Part shown: positions 58,690 through 64,000 of the stretch, piece after piece
Numbering within the stretch: position 1 is the first letter of the stretch
How the letters are laid out: every line of letters starts with the position of its first letter
Virus record (IMG/VR): IMGVR_UViG_3300037424_001682
Span: 1-64,000 of that record
DNA length: 64,000 bases
Direction: 5' to 3' (one strand)
Source of the DNA: a virus
Taxonomy: Duplodnaviria > Caudoviricetes
Position numbers and translations under genes: made by a program
Notes under the pieces: model-generated
The model's database searches: none
What the model was told of the DNA's origin: nothing
The model's input: the letters and a program-made list of their open reading frames with translations, nothing else

Positions 58690-61457
58690 TATTTTCCTAT
58701 TTTCTTGCCAACAACATCTTGATATAATTTAAGTTGTTCGCTAATTATTTTATCTAACAATTTTGAAGTTTTAGATTTTTCGTTTTCATTAAGACTTGGT
58801 TTTCTTTTACCTAACGCCTCTTCAATTTTATTTCGAATGATTTTTCTTAATTTTTCTTCTTCATTCATTGTTACAATTACTTTACCTGTTTGTAAATCAA
58901 CATCTACTGATTTTTGTTTTGCAGTTTCAGGTTTTACAACACCAGCACCCATTACTTCACCGCCCAAACCAAACGATGGTTCTGGTTTCTTTGGTTTATT
59001 AGTTAAGTCAAGAATTTCAATTTCATCATCATTAGTTTCTGGTTCATCAAATTCAACACTGGCATCATCGGATGGGTCTTCATCGTCTTCTCCCATTAAT
59101 GGGTCGACAGTTGGTTCATATGAACCGAATTTAACACCACCTTCACCAATGTTCTTTATAAATGGTTCTGCTTGTGCAACATAATCACCATGACCATAAT
59201 CTGCAACATCACTTTTCACTTGCGGATCTGCTAAATAAATTGCAACACCTTCAAAGTCACCATCATTCATACCTTCTTTGTGAGCATCAGCATATCCAGA
59301 AATCAAGTCAGCCATTTCCATTCCAGAACATTCACTAACATTCATTCCTCTACCTTGAACATATGATTCAAACGTACCACATTCAGCACATTCTTCATTA
59401 TCTTCAATACCTAATTTGCCAGCAACATCGCCATCAATTATTTCATCACCATCTACAGTCATTGGAGTGTCTTCTTCCACACCGCCTTCTGCACCACCTA
59501 GATCAGAAATTTGCTGATCAATAGCAGCATCGGTATTTTCTTCACCACCACTATCAGGAGCCATTTCTTCACCACCTTGATCATTCATACCTTCACCAGC
59601 AGTTACTTTTTCAATTTTATCGCTCCATTCTTGACCTTTTTGAGCACCAGCTTTAGCTAAGTTTTTCTCAAAATTACCAATCAATGCAGTAAAAATTTCA
59701 TCTGTTTTGTTTACATCCAAATTAGCATCTTGTACAGCATGTCCAAGTTTACCTGCTAATTTTTCAATTTCTTTAATCATAGGGTCTTCTGATTCACCGC
59801 CAGCATCGGGTGTAGCATTAACATCAACTTCGCTATCCGTTTCATTTTCCCCACCATCTTCTGGTTCTGTTTCGCTATCCATATTGATCTCCGCATCGGA
59901 AGTGGGATCATCATCAACACCCAAATCAAGGCTATCAACATCAATATCAGAAGGAACTTCTTCTGCATCTGCTTGTGCATCTACAGCATCAAGTTCGTTT
60001 TCTTTTTCTGCTGCTGCTGCAAGAGTATCTTCAACACCTTCTCTAATATTAGTTTTATTTGCTAAAGAATTATCTGGTTCTAATTCAGAATCAGCAACAA
60101 TTAATGATTCACCACTTTTTTTTGGTGCAGGATTAGATTCATTTGCAAGAGACTTTTCTGGCTCCAATTCAGAATCAGAAACGATTAATGATTCACCAGA
60201 TTTTTTTGGCGCAGGATTGGTTTTATTCGCTAATGAGCTAGCAGGGTCTGCTTGAGAATCTTCTGTTGATAACGCCTCACCTTCTGCAACAATTGAACCG
60301 TTTTGTTTAATTGGTTTTAATTGAGCACCCTTTGCCTCTTTTTGACCTTTATTTGGTTGATTATAGTTATTATACGGTGCTTCTGGTTTAGTGGTTACTT
60401 TTTTACTTTGTGAAACAGAATCTTCGATATCTTGTTCAGAATCTTCTGTAGAAATGTCTTCTCCTTCGTTTACACTTCCACCAGCATTGTTTTTATCTGC
60501 TTCTTTTTTAGCATTAACATCATTGATAGGTGCTTGAGCACCTTCTTTTTTGTCTTTTTTATTTGGAAGAATTTCATTGTCAGAAACTTCTGAATCAGCA
60601 GTAGAAAGAACTTCATTTTCATTAACAGCAATTGATTTACCAGAAACGGGTTTTGCTGGTATTTTATCTTTACCAGTTGCTTTATCTGCCATTTTCTTAG
60701 CATTACTATCATTAATAGGTGCTTGAGGATTTTCCTTCCCTTTTTTGTTGGCAATTTCGTCTTTTTCAGAGATTTCAGAATCCTCAGTAGAAAGAACCTT
60801 TCCTGTTTTAGTGTTAACAGCATTTGCTTTTTGTGCAACAGAATCACTATTAACAATTTCAGAATCAGCAGTAGATAAATCGTTTTCTTCTGTAATTAAA
60901 CCCATTGCTTTTCTGATTTCAGTTAAAGCAGTTTCGTTCATCAAACCACCAGTTTTCTTTGAAATTTCGTCTTTTTCTTTTATTAATGAAGATTTAAATT
61001 TTTCTTCTCTACCATCATTAATGTTTTTTTTTCCTTCTGAAATTCTGTTTCGCAAAAATGAATACTTATCGTCTTTATAATCCAACGGGTTTTTTTCTTG
61101 CTTAATTTCTTCATTAACTAAATATGCTTTACCTGTTAATGAAAATGCTTCATTTAAAGATTTAAGTTTATAATTTCTTTGTTTTTGTGCTTCACTAAGA
61201 GTTTTGAATTGATTCTCGGCTTTGTTTCTGAAACCACCAATATAGCCGAAGTCAGCAACAGTTAGATTTTCCCCCTTTACTTTAGAAACTTTAACATGAT
61301 AATCGTGATTTTCTTTTACTATGCCAAGCGCAATGCCATCATTGGCTCTTTCTATATCAATTAGCGTAGAATTGTTTAGACTGATATTTTCGTTTACTTT
61401 TTTATCAGTACCTGCTAACTGATTTAATCTCTTATAAAATTGTTGCGAATTTGCCAT
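58689..61457 (-). CDS. large acidic, low-complexity repeat protein (putative head/internal protein)
   Basis: 922 aa; repeated STxDS motifs, D/E-rich, many [LIV]-x-E sites. Confidence 0.7.
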   Translation of the reverse strand: MANSQQFYKRLNQLAGTDKKVNENISLNNSTLIDIERANDGIALGIVKENHDYHVKVSKVKGENLTVADFGYIGGFRNKAENQFKTLSEAQKQRNYKLKSLNEAFSLTGKAYLVNEEIKQEKNPLDYKDDKYSFLRNRISEGKKNINDGREEKFKSSLIKEKDEISKKTGGLMNETALTEIRKAMGLITEENDLSTADSEIVNSDSVAQKANAVNTKTGKVLSTEDSEISEKDEIANKKGKENPQAPINDSNAKKMADKATGKDKIPAKPVSGKSIAVNENEVLSTADSEVSDNEILPNKKDKKEGAQAPINDVNAKKEADKNNAGGSVNEGEDISTEDSEQDIEDSVSQSKKVTTKPEAPYNNYNQPNKGQKEAKGAQLKPIKQNGSIVAEGEALSTEDSQADPASSLANKTNPAPKKSGESLIVSDSELEPEKSLANESNPAPKKSGESLIVADSELEPDNSLANKTNIREGVEDTLAAAAEKENELDAVDAQADAEEVPSDIDVDSLDLGVDDDPTSDAEINMDSETEPEDGGENETDSEVDVNATPDAGGESEDPMIKEIEKLAGKLGHAVQDANLDVNKTDEIFTALIGNFEKNLAKAGAQKGQEWSDKIEKVTAGEGMNDQGGEEMAPDSGGEENTDAAIDQQISDLGGAEGGVEEDTPMTVDGDEIIDGDVAGKLGIEDNEECAECGTFESYVQGRGMNVSECSGMEMADLISGYADAHKEGMNDGDFEGVAIYLADPQVKSDVADYGHGDYVAQAEPFIKNIGEGGVKFGSYEPTVDPLMGEDDEDPSDDASVEFDEPETNDDEIEILDLTNKPKKPEPSFGLGGEVMGAGVVKPETAKQKSVDVDLQTGKVIVTMNEEEKLRKIIRNKIEEALGKRKPSLNENEKSKTSKLLDKIISEQLKLYQDVVGKKIGK
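60050..60260 (-). repeat. 84-bp (28-aa) coding tandem repeat, about 2.5 copies
   Basis: DS(Q/E)..P..SLAN..NPAPKKSGESLIV unit; Asp codons at 60090, 60174 and 60258 are 84 nt apart. Confidence 0.85.
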
Positions 61458-61509
61458 TTTTATTTTTTTATTTTAAAACAAATTAATTCTTATGTAAATT
61501 ACATTTTTT

Positions 61510-61518
61510 TATAAATAC
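61510..61518 (-). promoter_or_regulatory. putative late promoter GTATTTATA
   Basis: upstream of 61457, just past a terminator. Confidence 0.7.
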
Positions 61519-61560
61519 TAAATTACTTTGAAAAAATAATTATTTGGTGTAGAATATAAA

Positions 61561-61586
61561 AAAAAAGGGAAAAATTTCCCTTTTTT
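61561..61586 (-). terminator. intrinsic terminator
   Basis: AAAAAAGGGAAA-AA-TTTCCCTTTTTT hairpin. Confidence 0.7.
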
Positions 61587-61607
61587 GGTTCATTTTTTCA
61601 GTATTAA

Positions 61608-61868
61608 TTACAAATTATCTCGTGCTGAAATAAGTATTTTTTTATCAACACCTTTTTTTATTAATGATTCAGCAACTATTTTTGTTATTTTACCTTTTTT
61701 ATAATATGGTTTAATTAATGAAATCATTGCAGAATTATGTTTGCTTTCATTAAGATTTTTTTTCGCTTTTTCTAATTTCTCAAAAATTTCATTAATAAGT
61801 TTTCGCTCTTCTTTTTTTCTTTCAAAAAGTGCAATCATTTGTTCTTGAGTAATAAAATATTTTTTCAT
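61608..61868 (-). CDS. hypothetical protein
   Basis: 86-aa ORF coupled to the nucleotidyltransferase gene. Confidence 0.6.
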   Translation of the reverse strand: MKKYFITQEQMIALFERKKEERKLINEIFEKLEKAKKNLNESKHNSAMISLIKPYYKKGKITKIVAESLIKKGVDKKILISARDNL

Positions 61869-62980
61869 TATTTGTCAATATTTCCATCCATTGTTCCACT
61901 TGTATATATGGAATTATTTTCTAATGATAATTCTTTGGTTAATCCTTCTTTTTTCATTTCGGCCAATTTTTCTAAATAACCACTATGGCGTAAACCTTTG
62001 AATACTAGATTTTCAGTTGAAAATTCACCACCATCTTCTAATCCTGCTTTTCTATATTCCTTTAATTTATCCATAAATTTATCAATAGTATTATTTTTTT
62101 CGTCGCCGTCTTCATATTCTTCAATATCATTAATCATTTTAGCAATATGGTTTGCTTTTTGTTTAATATTGTTAATATCAATAGCAACCATTTCTTTTAT
62201 TGGTTTTGTTAGCCATTTGTCTAATCTTATTGAATAAACACCTGTCGATGTATGTGGTTCGTTTATGTTTTGAATATACATTTCAACATCGTGGCCTTTA
62301 ACTTTAATTGGCATTCTTTCACCCCATAATGATTTTTTTGTTCGAAAATAATCATCTAAAAATTCCTCATCTTGTCCTAATTGAGAAAAATCGAGTAATA
62401 AATGAATGTCTAAATCTGAATTTTCGGTCCAGTTATAATTTGCAAGCGAACCAGTTAAAATAACATCTTTAAATTTAACATTTTCCATTTCAAGGAATTT
62501 GATAAATGCTAACGCATTTTTTATTAATGCTATCCTAACATCTGGATTCATTTTATCACCATTCCAAATTTTAGGACATAGTTCATCTTTTTTCTTTAAA
62601 TTTTCAACATCAAAATCACCAGTTTCCATTATTTCATTAATGACTTCGGTAATGGTTTTTTTCTTTAAATTTTTTCCTTCAATACGTTTAATTTCTTCAA
62701 TACGCATTCCTTTTTTTTGAAAATATGGGCCAATATCTATTTTAACATCATCTGTTTGCATTCCTAAAATATTAGAAAGTTTACTAGCCCCAAGATCAAA
62801 ATGAGAAACGGTATTATTACCTTTCATACCAAAATATTCGACTAAAACATTAACTATTTCTGTTGCTTTTGATTTAATATTGGGACCATATAATTCCACT
62901 AAGTAATCGAAAAATTCATTTACTTCTTCTTCTTTCATTACTCTTTCTTGTGGTTTATCAATAGCTACGTTGAAATTCAT
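61868..62980 (-). CDS. Pol-beta superfamily nucleotidyltransferase domain protein
   Basis: ILTGSLANYNW...SDLDIH (GS + DxD) with a third acidic residue in DVEMY. Confidence 0.8.
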   Translation of the reverse strand: MNFNVAIDKPQERVMKEEEVNEFFDYLVELYGPNIKSKATEIVNVLVEYFGMKGNNTVSHFDLGASKLSNILGMQTDDVKIDIGPYFQKKGMRIEEIKRIEGKNLKKKTITEVINEIMETGDFDVENLKKKDELCPKIWNGDKMNPDVRIALIKNALAFIKFLEMENVKFKDVILTGSLANYNWTENSDLDIHLLLDFSQLGQDEEFLDDYFRTKKSLWGERMPIKVKGHDVEMYIQNINEPHTSTGVYSIRLDKWLTKPIKEMVAIDINNIKQKANHIAKMINDIEEYEDGDEKNNTIDKFMDKLKEYRKAGLEDGGEFSTENLVFKGLRHSGYLEKLAEMKKEGLTKELSLENNSIYTSGTMDGNIDK

Positions 62981-63501
62981 TACTTTGTTTTTTTGAATGT
63001 TTTTGCTAAATTTAATTGACGTTTAAATTCTCTATCATCCGCACTCATTTTTTCTCCTTCTTTATATTTTGCATCTATTTTTTTTATTTCTGAATTAATT
63101 CTTTCCATTGGAATATCATCTTCTTCTGGAATACCTAATTTTTTACTCAAAGCACCTTTATGCTTAACAGCACTTTGCATCCATTTATCTTCATTTTCGC
63201 TCATTGGTTGGTAAGATTCCCCTATAAATCTTTTTGCATTATCTAAGCCAAGGGATAATCTTTTCTTAATATTAGCGATGTCGGTAGAAAATTCAGGCGA
63301 TTGTTGTAACATATTATCTAAATAACGCATGGTTTCTTCAATATTGCTAACCAGATTTCTAATAATGCCTTCGCCAACACCTGATTTTTCAGCATACATA
63401 TTACTACTAACCCCTTGATCACTATAAATATCTTCTTTTAATGGCATACCTCCGATTTTCTTCATTCTTTCGAATAGTAGAGTTTTGTTTGATTTTTCCA
63501 T
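62980..63501 (-). CDS. hypothetical protein (head module)
   Basis: 173-aa ORF; GTATTTATA upstream; C-terminal AVKHKGALSKKLG motif. Confidence 0.65.
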   Translation of the reverse strand: MEKSNKTLLFERMKKIGGMPLKEDIYSDQGVSSNMYAEKSGVGEGIIRNLVSNIEETMRYLDNMLQQSPEFSTDIANIKKRLSLGLDNAKRFIGESYQPMSENEDKWMQSAVKHKGALSKKLGIPEEDDIPMERINSEIKKIDAKYKEGEKMSADDREFKRQLNLAKTFKKTK

Positions 63502-63518
63502 AGCACATTATACTTTTT

Positions 63519-63559
63519 TATAAATACATGATAAATTGCGAAACAGATATGTATTTATA
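63519..63559. promoter_or_regulatory. divergent pair of GTATTTATA late promoters
   Basis: minus copy 63519-63527 and plus copy 63551-63559. Confidence 0.7.
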
Positions 63560-63575
63560 AAAAAGAAACGACATA

Positions 63576-64000
63576 ATGGATTTAAATTGTTTAAATGGGA
63601 TAATAACTGATAATCTAGCAATACACATTGATTTAACTAACGAAAAATCGTGGGATTATAACACAGGATTTACTTCTGTTAGTTTAACTAAATGGAAAAA
63701 TGCCGTATCTGACAATCTTAATTTATATGATTTTGGATTAACAGGATATGATAACGGAAGAGTAGATAGAATGTACAGTGGATTAACGTTTACACCTCAA
63801 GATACCAACGTTACTCTTTATCGCGTAGGTTATAATCAATGTATTTCACCATATAGTGGTGATACTATGTATGATTTGTATCCATTATCTGCCATCACTA
63901 CAGAAGATGTTGGTAATTATTTTGCATTAAGTGGAGGATATTTACAAGGATTTTTTAAATTAGAAAAATACAATTTCGAACAATTTCCATCAAGATATAA
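63576..64000 (+). CDS. virion protein, 5' part only (runs off the window end)
   Basis: ATG 63576 (MDLNCLNGIITDNLAIHIDL...) open to 64000; GTATTTATA at 63551-63559. Confidence 0.7.
   Translation, partial: MDLNCLNGIITDNLAIHIDLTNEKSWDYNTGFTSVSLTKWKNAVSDNLNLYDFGLTGYDNGRVDRMYSGLTFTPQDTNVTLYRVGYNQCISPYSGDTMYDLYPLSAITTEDVGNYFALSGGYLQGFFKLEKYNFEQFPSRY

Noticed and set aside
60050-60260. 84-bp repeats as a CRISPR array or a DGR template/variable pair
   Set aside because: They are in-frame coding repeats with mostly third-position differences; there are no unique spacers and no reverse transcriptase
9088-61586. Other strong hairpins (9088, 10136, 36024, 58170, 61561) as further attC-like sites
   Set aside because: Short perfect stems with U-tracts right after stops and no AAC/GTT cores; they are ordinary intrinsic terminators
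673-62720. Many short opposite-strand or alternate-frame ORFs in the track (e.g. 673-894, 2420-2671, 3417-3827, 6427-6732, 59707-60255)
   Set aside because: They are shadows of longer genes with clear motifs, and they lack promoter or start context
1-64000. Stop-codon reassignment
   Set aside because: Genes tile densely and conserved proteins are full length in the standard code; TAG and TGA both end genes normally

Overview
A strongly AT-rich 64-kb segment of a large tailed (jumbo-type) myophage genome, read in the standard genetic code. It holds most of a T4-like morphogenesis module: terminase, portal, prohead protease, scaffold, major capsid, two neck proteins, a tail terminator-like protein, sheath, tube, a spike/hub-like protein and a lytic transglycosylase. 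Other genes include an SF1 helicase, two glycosyltransferases, a gp55-like sigma factor candidate, KTSC, MazG-like and nucleotidyltransferase genes. Selfish elements are abundant: 8 inteins (4 in the portal, one starting with Pro), an IS607 tnpA-tnpB pair, a solo tnpB that splits a small phage gene, and two adjacent Mom/GNAT-type domains each fused to a different endonuclease. Three promoter classes are visible: a sense-strand GTATTTATA motif before the structural operons, Bacteroidota-type TAnnTTTG promoters suggesting the host phylum, and GTAACC-N15/16-CGTAT. The most unexpected structure is a small integron-like gene-cassette array at about 18.3-19.5 kb, with attC-like hairpins and complementary cassette ends but no integrase in the window. 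All product calls come from motif recognition by eye; no database searches were run.
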